DNA from: Utricularia gibba | Taxonomy: Eukaryota > Plantae > Magnoliophyta | Length of the DNA stretch: 64,000 nucleotides | Direction: 5' to 3' | NCBI GenBank assembly: GCA_002189035.1 | Contig: NEEC01000004.1 | Coordinates: forward strand, 3,534,001 to 3,598,000 | Part shown: one piece after another, positions 20,510 through 35,479 of the stretch | How the letters are laid out: each line of letters opens with the position of its first letter | How positions within the stretch are numbered: the stretch's first letter is position 1 | Notes under the pieces: model-generated | What the model saw: only the letters and a program-made list of their open reading frames with translations | What the model was told of the DNA's origin: nothing | Databases searched by the model: none | Position numbers and translations under genes: made by a program

Positions 20510-23500
20510 TCACTGTTGGTTCCGTGGTCTTTGCTGCTGGAAGTTGGGATGATTCTGAACCGCTGCGTTTTGTTGCATGCTGGCTTGTATGTTCTGAGCA
20601 CCCTGTGAGACGAAGGAACCTGGATTACCGTGTTGCGCCACCTGCGGCATCATTCCGCCGGCATTCGATGATCCAATGTTGTAGACTGGGGCAGCAAATA
20701 AAATTTACCTTTAGTACCGAGACTTTGAAAAACTCAGAAGCAAGACATATAAAATAAGAGACCCTACTCTGGTCAGACAGGTTTTGAGAAGGCAGTGTTG
20801 TTCGGTTGACACCCACCATTCCCAACTACAAAGGGGAGGAACAAAACATATAACTCCATGCACGACTTCATAAGTTAAAATGCTCTTATAATCGCTACCA
20901 TAACCATCAGAATTGAAGCATTTAGTTGGAAATTGCAATGACTGTGATGAAGAGTCCTTGTGATCGAATTGAATGGAAAGCCACAGGTAAAAATAGTTTC
21001 GCACTCTGAGTCAGAGAAGCTTAAAAAAAATGGAGCCTGACCTGCATTCTAGGCATGACAGTTTGTGAAGGCATCATGGCTGAAATGTTGGGGATCTGCG
21101 TAGACATGTGTTTAGTAAACAAGGCGTGACATTCTTCAGTGAGCAGGAAATGTTTACAAAGACTCAGAAATTAAACAAAAGTTACACCATCTCTGGCGTT
21201 AGCATCACTATGGTGTTTTCTGCTTATTTTATATTTCCTTTTCCAGTAGTCACTTTGAGTTGTTCCTTGGTAAGGTTATTTGCGCATACTCTAGCTACAA
21301 CTTTAAAAACATCTAACTATCATACTCCTCCATTAATGGCATCCTTTCGCCTTATTTCCTATCCTTAGGACTTAGTTCACTCCAATTTTTAAGCGTGTTA
21401 TGACCTTATGGAATTTGAGCTATCCTCCACTTTCTCACCAACATTTCTATTGAGCTGAATCCTAACACTGAAAATAAGTAAACAAAAAGCATTGTGAATA
21501 GAAGGCTAATCAGAGGAGTTTGGGTATATCTGACCATCTGTGACCCCGGAGTGGTCTGTGCAGCATTATAGAGTGCATTATTTGCTGCGCTAGAAAACTG
21601 GTTCAGTTGGCGGTTCAGCTGGCTTCCTTGTGTAAGCTGGGTTTGGCCCATATGCATCGGAGCTGACACAAGTTGACGACCCTGCTGAGCTGCTAACGAT
21701 TGAGAATACTGCATATGCTGCTGACCGTGCATCTGCTTTGCAACAGAAATCCATAGTGTAAAAGAAAATTCTGAAATCATGATAACACGGGCGGCCATGA
21801 AAGATGATATCTAAAGCTGCCATAAAAAAGTATGTACTGTCTTGCAAGGGTGCAGAAGTTACAAATTACTTGGTTTCATTAAAACAACCTCCACGAAAAG
21901 GCTAAAGCTGAAAGTAACATTCCTATTGAGAACTTTAAAAATGCGTTACCTGCTGAAATTTTTGTTGTGCCTGGGTTGAAATGTCGGGTAGCTGAGACAA
22001 CTGGTTCTGAAAACATACACGTTTAACCCGACACATTTATGTTGTTTTACTGTTCATCATATGATAAAAATACAAGCATAGAAAGTGAGTTCAGGGTATA
22101 ATACAGTAAAAGAATATCCTGGTTTTCCAGGACAAGATACGTACACTTTGAATGTCGAATCTAAACAGCTATAGCATATATAAAATGAACCATCTCCATG
22201 GTTGAATACACTATCTAATCTTATTGTCATACCATTCATTTGACATCGAAAGACAAAAAATCCAGCAACACTCTAGATAAGCGATAGGAAAGCACAGTAT
22301 CTGGTGCAATTTCATAAGGAATACTGCTTACTTGCCCCAGTAGAGGTACTGATGATGGCCTCAACTGTGGATTATTCAGAAGTTGCTGCTGATGTAGAGG
22401 TAGTTGCATGATTTTCTTCTGCTGCAACTGCCTCTGTAACTGCTGATTGGACTGCTGTTGAGGAGATGGGATGTTCACGATGTTTGAACCAGATTTAGGT
22501 GAAATAGCATATTGCATGGAAGATGCTGTTGTATTATCAAAATTGTTGCCAAGAGCAGTAGATGGGGAAGCTGCTGCTCTTCCAATAACTTGGGCTCCAG
22601 GAGCCTATTACACAGTAGAGATATGAAGTATACGCATCAAAAGTATTAAAGAACTGTTTCTGAGAAGCCTGCTCATGATAATAATTCAAATGAATAGAAA
22701 AGGCGACATGCTGATCAGCAATCAGTAGTTCAAAGCTGAAAGAACACGCAAACAATATTTTGAGGGAACGAAAACCTTTGCCATAGCAGCATTCACGAGG
22801 GCAAACAAATCAAACCACACTAACAGAAAAATAAATTCGTAGCAAGTGAACCCATAACACTATATGGATTGGTTATTAATGATATTGTTTTCATGATGAA
22901 TGACCCACCTGCAACTGAGGAGTGTTACTATTGCCATTAAGGGGTGTGCTCTTTTGGTACAGGCCTGAATAGAAAGAAAGAATGATCACTAAATGCTCAA
23001 TCAAAGAACCAATCACAGAAGCTGACGACATTTTGAATCCATAATTAAACACACACACACACCAGATGGTTCTGTGAAGGAGTACACTCCTCCATCACCA
23101 GAACTGAGTATATCTGCCAAATGAGCTGGAAGTGTCGATGTCATATGCCTTTGCTCGCTGGGCAATCTTAAACCTACATAGATTTTTATGGAAAACATAA
23201 GGAAAATAAACAAAGAATCTTGGAATGCTGACATGTTTATGTAGCAGAAAATAGGTCTACAGAGAAGAGAAACGCCAATCCAATATATGAGGGAATAAAT
23301 AAATCTGTACCTCATGCTTCTCTGGTGCAAAATTTCAATATTCAGGATACCGTAAAACTATGAAAATTACAATCCTAAAACAACGACAACTCTTGGAGAA
23401 AAGTTACAGAATATAATAGGGATTCCGTTGGCCAAATCACATATTGGAGATAGTCACATCTATAGAGCCCATTTTTTGCAAAATGCAGGAAGTAAATAAG

Positions 23501-24609
23501 GAGAGTTCTATTAGAAGAAAATTTACACCTTCTCCATGATTAACAGCACTTCGAAGTGAAGTTTCCTGTTCTTGTATTTTTGCTGCCTGAGCCTTATCGA
23601 CAGCTGGAAGAAGATTTGGCCCCTGTCGAGTACCAAAATATGTTTTGCGTGTGTCAGCTATAATCTTCTCAGCACTTTCACATGCTGCTGCAATGGCATC
23701 AACCCTACCCTGTACCAAATTAGACAACAACCGTTTTATAATGAATGCAAGTTGAATCATATATTTTTTTTTAACAAAAAACTACCAACCTTTAGCTTGT
23801 CGATTTGTGATGCTATTGGCAAGCCCTGCATACCAAGTAATAACTGCTCTCTTTTAGAGTTATCGTCCATCTCCATTTCAGGCAAAAGCTTGGATGAAAG
23901 CATGACAGGCAGAACTGTAAAATAGATAGTGGTTGGTATAACAACGAATGTCAAGAACGGACAGCACTCTATGCCTTGAGAGCTATGCTTTCTGTTAAGT
24001 AGAATATTGCACAAAGCCAAGTGACAACATAATGTAAATGTCTTCTTATCAGTTTGACATTGTTGCATTCCAAAACTTGGTTCACTGCTGTACACCAATT
24101 TTGAAAAACAAAATAAAGATCTTTATTTCCAACACATTATTCAAAATGAGAAACCATTCCACTTTCAGCAGATTAAAGGCAGTGAAGAGACATACTTGAC
24201 GCATTCTCCGCATTAACATTCTTTGGGTGCACAATAAAAGCCTTTGAAACGTTCTTAATATCTTCAACAATATTGAAAAGCTCCAAATTCACCATCGAAA
24301 ACTGCCCCAATATATCATGCCTATAAAATGAGGAACCAAACAAGGAAGTTACTAAATGTATTTCATCATCTTTTCAGTAGCTGTATGTATATACAAAAAA
24401 AAAAGTTTGTTAAAGCTTGGGAATCACCACTTGGGAGCAGAATTTGTACGAGCTATGGCATCGAAATCTTCAAGGATGCGAGAAATAGCCTTGAAGAGGC
24501 TGATAGCTCGCGTCTTAACCGAATCAAGGTTAAGTTGCTGCTGAACTGCCGGATTAAGTCGCTCCACCACTTTGGGCTGCTGCTGCTGCTGTTCTTGAAT
24601 TCCAATCAT
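20510..24609 (-). CDS. MED8: Mediator of RNA polymerase II transcription subunit 8, multi-exon
   Basis: MIGIQEQQQQQPKVVERLNPAVQQQLNLDSVKTRAISLFKAISRILEDFD..., ILGQFSMVNLELFNIVEDIK, VLPVMLSSKLLPEMEMDDNSKREQLL, DKAQAAKIQEQETSLRSAVNHGEG. Q-rich C-terminal exons end HPNFQQQRPRNQQ* (TGA 20510-20512). Confidence 0.93.
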
Positions 24610-27600
24610 TGTTTTCAGCGGATGATGGAGCAGCGAAGATCCGGAAAGTCTCAACTCACGGAAAAGAACGCCGCACAACCTCTGTTCACTCCAGGAGAAG
24701 CAACCGTCGATCGGATTGTGAAAAAGACCTTATCGTCCTTGGGCCCCAACAATCAAGACTGCTGGCCCAAGATGCAACATCAGAAGCCCAACCCATGCAC
24801 GCAGCCCTGGTAATCCCGCATTGCACACAAGACAGATGAATAGAAGGACTACTCTACCGACTGAAGACAACGGTCCTATTCTAGCCCTGACATGATCCCA
24901 ACGGGCAACTCATCTCCGCTATATAAGATCCTGTCTAATCTATGTAACATATATACTTGTTTTTCGATCCAAAATAATAGTCAACATTCAACAAAGCTCT
25001 GCAACATTTTCTCAATGTTCAACAGAGTTTCAACAAGCCAAGACGACCAAAAAACACTTTTAATTATCACTGCCCCAGGATGAAATCTTAACCACAGACC
25101 ACAAAAAACGAGATTCATTCGAAATTTTTAATTCCACCTTTTCAAATCTTTATAATTCCACAACTCAAACGTTGCTATTGTAGTGGGCTGCTCTGTGGAT
25201 CAAATAAACAGGCCCACGACCAGCTGGTCTCACTCCAAGAAGCCCACCAAAAATAACGGTTACCGTTATGAACCCCTGAAGCTGAAGCCGTGAAGATAAG
25301 CAAGGGAGCTTAACAAGAAGCACAGCGCATTCTCTTTTTTCACAGTAGAAACGAAAGGCTGCAAGGAGCCTTCTCTCTACAGACTGATCAAGAAAGGAGA
25401 GGGAAATTTCAGTCGTTGTTATCAGTCTTGTTTTGCGATTACCCTGGTATGGGAATGGGACAGGCTGCTGACTGTTGTGTTTAGGTTCTTGAACCTGATT
25501 GGAACTGTGATTGTTCCTATAATTCCGAAAGGTGATAGTGAAGCTGTTCAGCCTGGTATGGAGCACCCGAGGTTTTTCCCGAAAGGGTTTTCCTCGTTAA
25601 AATCGTGGAGTTCTTTTTATTCTTTCGGCTGCTATTTGGTTACTCGTTGCAGGCGCAAATTCACTGATACGCCTGAGAGTGTTCTTATAGATTTGTCTCT
25701 TATTGTTAATATCCTCACAGCTATAAAACCAAGCCCACAGTATCTTTTGTTGCTGTAGAAAACCTAGTGGAGAACATAAACCAAACTCCAATGGCATCAA
25801 ATCATGGAATGCCGCCGATTCTAGGACTTAGATACAACGGGAAGACGATTGGAGCTTTATGGTTTAAACGCTTAATTTCTAATTTCTTAATAAAATTGGG
25901 TGGCTTTGAAAATTTGTTTTGAATTGTGATCACATTTGTAAGAGTATCTTTATTTATTTTTCAAAATACATAAGCTCACATCACATTACTAACTTTCCAT
26001 AAACTTAATAAATGACTTATTACTTTTATTAATATCTCATTTCGAAAAAAAGTTAATTATAAATATGAAAAAAATTAAAAATTGAAACATTATATATAAC
26101 ATAAATTGAAAGAACTAGAAATAATCAATATAAAAAATATTAATTGAACTTTGCTCAAATATATTTGATAAAATATTTTTAAATGGTAATAAATATTAAC
26201 ATTATGTGACTTGATTACTTTGTTCAAACAATTTTACATATTCAATCCAACATTTCTATAAATTTATGGCGGTTGAACTATTGAAAATTTATCATATTCA
26301 TCTTTAATATTGATTTTATAAACAACATGGAATTTGTCTTCTAGAATCATATTGTACAAAATAACACATGTATATAAGATATCTCTAATTGTTTTTCAAT
26401 CACAAGCTCTTTTAGGTGTTGTGGGTATTGAAAATTGGCATTACAAGTGTTTTTGATATATGTTATGAGTATTGCTAATAGGTATCCTTAGTTACAATAA
26501 AACACATCATTAAAACATATTTAAAATTTAGGAATCAGTGAAATATATCAGAAAAATCTGAAGCATTTAGGAATAAATTTGTTACGTAAGTCTAAAACAA
26601 CAACTCGACAAACAAGAAATACATTCAAAAAAGAGATGAAAAAAATAAAATGAAATAGCAACTAGTTGGAAACAAACGTGATCACATCTAGTGCATAATC
26701 TTGAATGAATATGAAGAAATTAAAAGAAATTTACCTATTATATGTGTAACCTAGAAGAAGCAAATTTGAATAGAGAATAAATGAAAAAAAAACTACACTT
26801 GATGTTATTGAGTTTATAGGCGTAAACTCGATTTTCTTCAAAAATTCAAAATGGTGCATTTATTGATGTTGAAAATGTTAATAACTAAAAATATACTACC
26901 AGTAAGCATTTTTAAAAATGAATAAAGATGTTCTAATAACTAATAACTAACGTCATTCGGTTTATAATATTAATTTTATTATGCTATTGTGGGCCAAGTA
27001 TTGGGTTAAAAGAATTAAATGTCATCCCATGATCCATTACATGAAGATGGCCGACGCCTTTTCAAAATTACAGTGAATTAAGTAGGATTTAATCTGTCCT
27101 TTTCTGCCTTCATGGATTTATTGATCCCTGTGATTATGTTCTCCCATTTATTTTACCTCGATCAGCCTGTGTTTTATAAATGTTTTCCCTTGGTTTCGTA
27201 TTAGGAGTATAATAATTGCATTTTTACTCTTCTAATAAATTCGAGTAGATCTAGATTAAATGGTGGTTGGGATTGGTTGATTGCTAGCTTGATTCATCAA
27301 AGAGCCCACACGCGTACTTGATCATTAAGAACAAGCTTGGTCTTTAATGGAAAATGTGATTAGTAGAAGATGGATGCAGTCCATAAATGTGTCAACCATC
27401 AAGAGCTCATCATATATAATTAGATAAGGATAACTTCATTTGCTTTCATCATATTACCTATAAAGCCAATAAAAGAGACTTTTGATATAATCCTCAATAC
27501 AAAGTCTGTTAAAGATAATATGATCACTCTCATTGGTTTATTGAACTATAATATTGTTGTTATAAATCAGATAAGAGGGGATTTGTTGATTTCTTGAGGG

Positions 27601-27759
27601 CAAATCAATAATTAGAATCCAATTTTCCAAAATTTAATTCCAGTTTTAGTTATTGAGAAAACGAGAAAATGACATGGAATTTTTTTACGTGAAAATTACT
27701 GTGATGAAAAACCACAGAACTAGGGGATACAAGGATTGCAATGAATGCAAAATGCTCTT

Positions 27760-30700
27760 CCTCAGATCTGGGCTCCTGTTGACATATAATCATCAAATGC
27801 ATAAAGCAAGCTTACTCTTAAGATAGAACTTGCATCTTTCAAGTATAGGGAAGGAACACCAATGAGAGACTATCTTTCCAAGTTCAAAGATCTAGACGAT
27901 CAATTGGAAGCTGTTGGAATAAAGATGGATGATGAATCATGAGCTATTCATTTGTTTCAATTGCTATTTAAAAGTAGGGAGTATCTTGTTATTGCAATTA
28001 ATACCACTGCTTTGCAATTTTGAATAGATCTGAAGTTGGGCACAGTGATAGAATCATTGTTGTAAGAAGATTAAAGAAGCAAGAAGATAGGTAACAATAA
28101 GGCTACTCTTTCTTTAAGTGAATCCTCTAAGGATCAGAATAAATAGAAGTACAAAAATAAAAAGCAATAAGGAAAACCATTGAAAAGGATAAAGATAATG
28201 TTCAAAGGCAAGAGTAGAAAACTTACAAAGAAACTAAGTCTTGTTTTAACTGTAGAAAGAAGTGAAACCTGAAAAAGAACTACAATTTTCCTCTAAGAGC
28301 AAACAGTAAAGAATGGAAGGAAAAGCAAGATAGTGAAGAAGCATCGTGAGAATCAAACTCAGTTCATTTCACTGCAAATCACAACACTACTACCTCAAAG
28401 TATGATATTTTGATGTTGTTAGCTGCTAAGCATGAGAATGACATAAATGACAAACTATGGAATGTTGACTTGTCTATATCTTTTCATGCAGTTCCTCACA
28501 AAGTCAGTATAATCAACTATAAAGAGTTGGAATCAGGTGCTAGAAAAATGAATATGGGGAACCAATCCTCATCTAGGGTTATAGGAATTGGTGACTTAAC
28601 AATTACTGATAACACACATTTTTCCTAAAATTCATAACACAAAATAGCTATATTTTATCATGATTTAGGTTAGATAAATGTGGTTTTTCATGCTTTAGTG
28701 GTGTTTATGTTAATCCTATGTGATTATGTTGAAAAGTGGACTAAATCCTTTGATTTAGTCCACAACTCTTTTTACTAATGTTTCAGTAAGTTCAGCAGGG
28801 AGATGAGCCAAAAATCAGACTTGCAAACATGTAAAACAAGTAAAAAAGGGGCGCAAAATCCGGAGAAGGACAAAGAGCACTGTTCCGCCGCCACCGCAGT
28901 CTGCAAGTTCAAGCCGGGAACAGTGCTGGCAGTCGGGAACAGTACTGGCGGACAGCAACAGTGCAATGGAGTGAAGGAAAAGGGAAATTGATTTTTTGAA
29001 AAAAGAGGACAAGGCGCGAGGAGGAATGCAAGGGGTCTTCTTCCCCAACGCGAAAAACCAACCAGGAGGGGGAAGAAACGCCTTCATCACCTAGAAAAGC
29101 ACCGGAGCCCAGTCCAGCGCTACTGTTCCGGGCTGTGAACAGTAGCTAACGGCGCGGAAGAACAATCTTTATTTACTTTCTAGTTTTCTGAATATTTCGA
29201 CTTTCTGCACTTTACTTGTTTACAATGTTTCTGCCATTTTGGCCAACTTATATAAATGAAATCGTGTTTTATTTCCAAAGCATGAGTGGCTAGAGTCTTA
29301 GGGATGCCTTAAGGAGAAGTGGGTGGTATGTGCTTAGATTGATGATGAAATTTAGTTGTTTTCCTTAACTCTTGTTTCTAACAAACCATGGGTAGACCTA
29401 AGGAGGGAAGCAAATAGTTTCACAACTTAGATGTTTGGTTTAGAAGTAGACCAACAAACCAAGATAGGATCAGTCGGTGTTAGTCCAAGGTAGAACCAGT
29501 AGAACCGGGTAGACCTAGTTCTATATGTGTTGCATGCGGGTAGACCTAATTGCAATGTTGGTTATGATTTGGGGGACTAGCTTAAGCCAAAAATATGATG
29601 AATGATCTGGGTAGACTTAGGTTATTCAAAGTTGTGAGTGTAGGAAGATAGCAAATTAAGTTAGGAACCTTAGTATGACACCACCCACAGATCCTTAAGG
29701 CGTCCTCGTATTAGTCTGAGTCAAAACCAGTACCTGTTACCTTAGCGTCAATACGTGATATTGCTTACCTACTTTTTTTTACTGAACTTGTTTACCACTA
29801 TTAGTCCGAGCTTAGACTAAGACCTAATGTTATCCAAAATTATGCATGTACTAAAACACTTAAAAAGCACAAGCTCTTCGTGATCGACCCCGATATCCAC
29901 TATACAAGTTTTCCAAATTTGTATTTTTGTGTAGATTAGGGCCTATAAATTTATTTTATACGAATTTTCTATTTTTATTTGCAACGATATTAGAAAATTC
30001 CCGTTTATCAATTACCACAAACCGAGATTTCGAGATTATGTTAAACGATGTGAGGCATGTTCCGACACTTGGAATGAATCTATTGTCTATAGGGGTCTAG
30101 GATACAGAAGGGTATGCTAGCAACTTTAGAACTAGAATTTGAAGCTTAATCAAGGGAACTTCATGGCACACTTAATAGAAAAAATGTGGAAATTCAGAAT
30201 CTTCATGTTTTAGAATAGTCAAAGAAAGCATAACTCTAGCAATATAGGTTGGGACACCTATGCGAAATTGGAATGTAGCATTTGATTCGAAATAAGTTCT
30301 TGAATGATTGTGAGTATGAGAAGCTGGGAATATGCAATAGATGCATGTTTGGAAAACAACACCGAGTCAGTTTTCAAAGCTCTTTTACTAAAAGCAAGGA
30401 TAATCTTAAAATTGTCTTCTCTGATGTTAGAGGATCGATGAACATACTCACACTAGGTGGAAAGAGCTTCTGCTTGATCTTTATTAATAATGTTATGAGA
30501 AAATCTTTGGTATATCTTGTAGAAAGAAAATCAAAAGTCTTTAAATATTTCAAGGAATTCATGAGAACAGTAGAAAGAGAAATCAATTGTAAATTTAAAT
30601 GTCTTTGGATAGATAACAGAGGAGAGTACACTAGTGATGAGTTCAAAACTTTGTATAGAGGAATTGAGGTCAAGAAGATTCAAATGGATCAAGAAACCCC

Positions 30701-32960
30701 ACAATACAACCCTATTGCTAAATGATTTAACAAAACTCTCTTTGACAAAGTGAGAAGCGTGACAAAGACCTCTAGACTAGCAAGAGAGTTCTATGGTGAT
30801 GCAATATAGATAGCAAACTATCTATCCAATAGATCATCAAAGACTATACTCAACTTTGATGTATTAGATCACTTACAAATAGAGAAGTTGCTTGCGTGCA
30901 CCCTAGAAACAATAGCTTCATCTTCTAGGCAATTTGAAATGGATAAACACATTGGTGCTAAAGAGTCTTAACCACTTGAGTTATCTGAGCTAGAACAAAT
31001 TCAAAATGAGAAACATCAATAGAAACCAACATAGGGAAGTGTCTTTGATGACAGTATACTTTTCTATCACTTTTTACAGATTATATTATGATCATTGAGG
31101 ATGAGAAACTTAAAACAATTGCTTAATTCATGAAATTTACTGATAAAGAGTTTTGGATGGTAGCTAGGACCGATGAAGTAAAATCATTGATACAAAATCA
31201 GATATATTAACTAGTAGAACTATCAAAATATAGAAAAACACTATCAAACATATGGATTTTTAATCAAAAGATAAATGCAGATGGTTCAAGGCTAGAATTG
31301 TGATAAAGTCTTATAGTAAGAAACTAGGATGAAATTCTCAACCATCATATTTTATGTTCTTGGTAGCTCACTTGGATCTAGAACTAGAGCCACTAGATGC
31401 CAAGACAACTTTTTTTCATGAAGATTTATTCAAGGAGTTATGCACAAATCAAGTGCCTGGATTTGAAGAGAAGGGGTGAGAGTAAAAAATGTGTAGGTTA
31501 AAAAAGAGTCTATATGATCTAAAATAGGCATTAAAAATATGGAATGAAAAATTCAATTCATTCATATTGACAATCGACTTCAAAGTATTAGTTTCAGACC
31601 CATGCGCTTACTAGAAAATTTGACCAATTTGTGATATTAGTGATATACGTTGATGACCGTTGCTTGCAAGTCAACGGTTGAGTTTGCTAGATCAGAAAAA
31701 AGCAAAGATGAGCAATATATTTTGACATAAAGGATCTTGATCCTACAAATAAAATTTTAAGAATGAAGATAAAAAAGAACAAATAATAGAAGGTGCTAAC
31801 TCTCTTGCAAATTGCTTATATTTTTCAGATATTAGACATGTTTAAAATGCCAGAAGCAAAGCTGATAACTACTCATCTTGAAAATCATGAACTGTCCATA
31901 GATTAATGCTCAAAAATAGATTCGAAAAGGTTTGATATGGATAGAGTGCCTTTTGATTCAGCTGTTGGATGGTTAGCATCAAACTAGTCATTGCATTTGC
32001 TGTGAGCAAAGTGAGCAAATTTTTAACAAATCCAAGTAGAGCTCACTAGGAAGCAATTAAATGGCTAATGAGGTACTTGAGGGTACTAAGAATTTTGGTT
32101 TATGTTACAGGTCAAGATCAATGACATCATTGGTTTTTGTTGATTCAAATATGAATCAACATTCGAGATATAGAAACAAAAAAAAAGAGTGATCACCCTA
32201 TTGGGAGGCATAGGTGTAGGTTGGAGCTCAAGGTTTTAGAAAAGTGACATGTTCTCTACAATGGAGGCTAAGTACGTTACACTAGCTAGAGCAATAAAAG
32301 ATGACATTTAGATTAAAATGCTGATGCAAGAGTTTGGCTTCAAGGGATACAAGCCACAAGCAAATTGTGACAGTTAAAGTGGTATTGCTTTGAGCAAAAA
32401 TGCAATATTTCACTCAAGGACAAAGCATATCGATATAAGAATGCATTGGATCAAGGATATCATTGGTAAAATCTTGTTTAAGAAAGTTAGCATTGAGAGC
32501 AAAGTTGCTGATATACTAACTAAACCTCTATCAAGTGAAAAACATTAATTCTGTTTTAAGGAAGCATGACTGATTTCACTACTATGATCAGTATTACTTA
32601 GCTTGGAAGGAATAATATTAGATATGTTTAATATTTAATTTGGACCAATTGAATATGTCTGACCCAACTTATGTGCAAGCTAAGTGTATCTAGCCCATGG
32701 ACTTCTTTTGGGTTGTATAAAGGAGTCAATAAGAACTTGCTTTGCGCACCTTCAACTTTCTAAGAAAGGAAACCTAACAAATTTGTCGTGAGTAATATGA
32801 TGTTCTACGAATCATGAGTAATAAATTATAAAATTAGATTTGTTTTTTCTTTTATCGTAATTGACTTGCTGAGTGCAGCCAATTTGATGTACTGCTATTG
32901 ATATTACACTAGTGGATCAGTTTACCTAGTGTGGTGAAACAACCCAAGTTTTTTCCTTCA
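27760..32960 (+). mobile_element. Highly degenerate Ty1/copia element (gag, integrase, RT, RNase H, probable 3' LTR ~32616-32960)
   Basis: Gag-like 27760-28000; integrase 'LWIDNRGEYTSDEF...ETPQYNPIA' (30600-30720); RT remnants 31.2-31.8 kb; RNase H 'KNAIFHSRTKHIDIRMHWIKD' and 'ADILTKPL' (32397-32530). Many stops. Confidence 0.85.
28607..30010 (+). mobile_element. Athila-like solo LTR inserted in the copia remnant
   Basis: TGATAACAC...CGTTTATCA termini, perfect 5-bp TSD ATTAC (28602-28606 / 30011-30015). Same terminal motifs as the LTR at 52885-54039. Confidence 0.92.
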
Positions 32961-34263
32961 AGTTTTTTAATTAGTCTCATTCATATATATCATAGTAGTA
33001 TGAAATATGTATTTATTTCCACCATCCTCAAGTGTATAATGAAATCTAGAAAACAATCTCATGCAAAAACTTCAGTTCAGTATCCTATTTTGCAAGTTAT
33101 GGAATTTGACCTATTATTTCCAATACTAGTGTTAGAAATCAAGTTTTCTATCTTATTGGTTTGCTTATTATGTACAGCACATTGATATTTTTATTAGGGG
33201 GTGCTTACTACATTATAGTTTTTCTCTATTATTGATAAATTGAGACTTCTATCTTCCACCCATTCTATGGTTTACTCTTATTGGAGACAATTCAAATTCA
33301 ACTGCTTGTGAAACAAGCTATAAAAGACAATGCATGACTTTAGTTTTGGACATGTTCATATGTTTTTTGCTTGTAGTAAAATAGAGATTGGAGATTTTTT
33401 TTCCAACTTCACCTCTAACATTTGCTTTTCTCTCTTTCTCTTTAATCAATATAAACACTTCAACTCAAAGAAAATAAAAACATCGCTATAGAATAACTAA
33501 AACAATATGCATAATATCTTCTTGTTAGGATATCTTTATCAATTGACAAAATGATAACGTGGTTAAAGATTATTATTTATTAAATATATACATATATGAA
33601 TACAATGATAATTGTATATTTTTTAAAATCAAATCAAGAAAAATAGGTGTTTTTATCTGGAAAATCATTAAATTGGATGCTTATTTTCTTTCTTTTCATT
33701 CCTTTCACTTTCTTCTCTGATTCTATTAGGAAGTGGGAGCCAAAGGAGAGGAGGGCTTTCGATTTTCTTTTCTAGCCATTTTTTTTGAATATGTTGCTGC
33801 AATTAGGTTCTATTTTATAGCTGCTTTTGTTTTTGATTTTTTAAATGTCAACTCTATTTTTTTTTGTGATGCAATTTAATGATTTTGTTATAATTTTTGT
33901 TTTAATATTGTATTGTAAATTACTTTTTCCTTTATTTGATATCTTTTATGATGTTGCTTAGAGATTATATTATTAATTTCTGTTGTTTTTAATTCATTTG
34001 TTTTTTTTTGAAAAAATTGACAACTTGATAATGTCGTGATAATGCCAGTTTTTGTAATATAAAATTATATATTACTATCATTTTAGTTTTTTTCATTTAA
34101 TTTTGCATGTCCAGTGCTCTATTTTGAGATTAAAACAGTCAACTACAGTGATTATACGTTTGAATTTTCCAACGCCCCAAAAGGGGGTTTCGGATTCCGA
34201 TTCAGATTCGTTTGAATTTCTTGTTGAAAAGAGGAAATCGAAATCGGTAGGAGGTGAAGAAAG

Positions 34264-34530
34264 ATGGCGATGAGGGCCTTCTACAACGGGATAAAAGCTT
34301 TGAAGGTCAGGGATTTACCGGCGCACCTAAAGCCTATGTTCACAATTGACTACCTGAAGAACGCTGGGAAACGTGGGCTTGATGCGTATCACGCAAAGTA
34401 CATAGAAACCAACTCCGCTGATCCTCTTTATCACATCTGCTTTGGTGGGATGGCGTTATCTTATCTCGTCGCCCTCCCTGAGGAGCGCCGACATCTCGAG
34501 CATCAGCAGAAGCATGGTGGTGGTCATTGA
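34264..34530 (+). CDS. Plant mitochondrial ATP synthase subunit f-like protein (At4g30010-like), 88 aa
   Basis: MAMRAFYNGIKALKVRDLPAHLKPMFTIDYLK...YHAKYIETNSADPLYHICFGGMALSYLVALPEERRHLEHQQKHGGGH matches the family as recalled. Confidence 0.85.
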   Translation: MAMRAFYNGIKALKVRDLPAHLKPMFTIDYLKNAGKRGLDAYHAKYIETNSADPLYHICFGGMALSYLVALPEERRHLEHQQKHGGGH

Positions 34531-35479
34531 TTCTGCTTGGGCACCGTCAAGGTGTCGCCTTTTCTTTCCCTCGACTGTTTTGGGCTGTGTTACATATTTT
34601 TTTTGCGTGCTGTCTTTGTTTCGTTGTTTTAAAACAGCGAAATCGATTATTTTTAGAGATCTAAGCTTGGGGAACTTGTTTAGGTCTTGCCGTGGTAGTC
34701 ATTAGTTGCCATAGAATAGTTCATTTTGGAGGTGTTTTCACATGGATATAGATTCCCTTGTGTAACTTGGAAAGAACCTCAAAATGGTTATAACATATTG
34801 ACACTGCTGTGCTTATCATAAAATGGCGCTGTGATGTATTGCTGATTATCGTCATACTCTAGCGTGGTTTTGGATTGATCGCTCTGGGGATTCTTTACCT
34901 GCACCTTAATAATGTTGGTCATCACGTCTTAGGGGGGTGATGTTAGCATCTGTGGATCTTTGATGGTGGCTGATTTTTCACTATGACGATTTTATGATTC
35001 TCTTTTTTCGCCTACATTTTATGATTACATTGCACTCTTATGTAAAGCAATGTAATCAATTCCCATGTTCACTCTGCTTATCCCAATTTATATCTGCCTA
35101 CTTTGTCGTGAGCCATTGGGAATCAAATTCTACTGCTAGTCTGCGATGAATTCTAATTTTTCTCACCGGGTGCCTTAATTCAGATCCATTTGTTTTCAAG
35201 TGCACTTGGGGGCACCTGATTCCATTTCTGTTCCTGCAGCTGGGTCCTAATGCGCTGGTCATTCGTCCCTTTGGTGGCTCCTCTGACACATTACTGCTTT
35301 CTTTTGTTTTGTTTGCATCTGGAGTCTAGGCTTCCGAATAAGAAGTATGCGCTGTGGGTGCTACCTAAACCATGCTGTTGTGAATCAGAGTTCTTTTTCT
35401 CATGATAAGTGGCTTTGCGTATCGTAAACTGAACTAGAAAGAAGGTGCACCCTTTTGGTGAAATGAATAAAAGAAAGCA

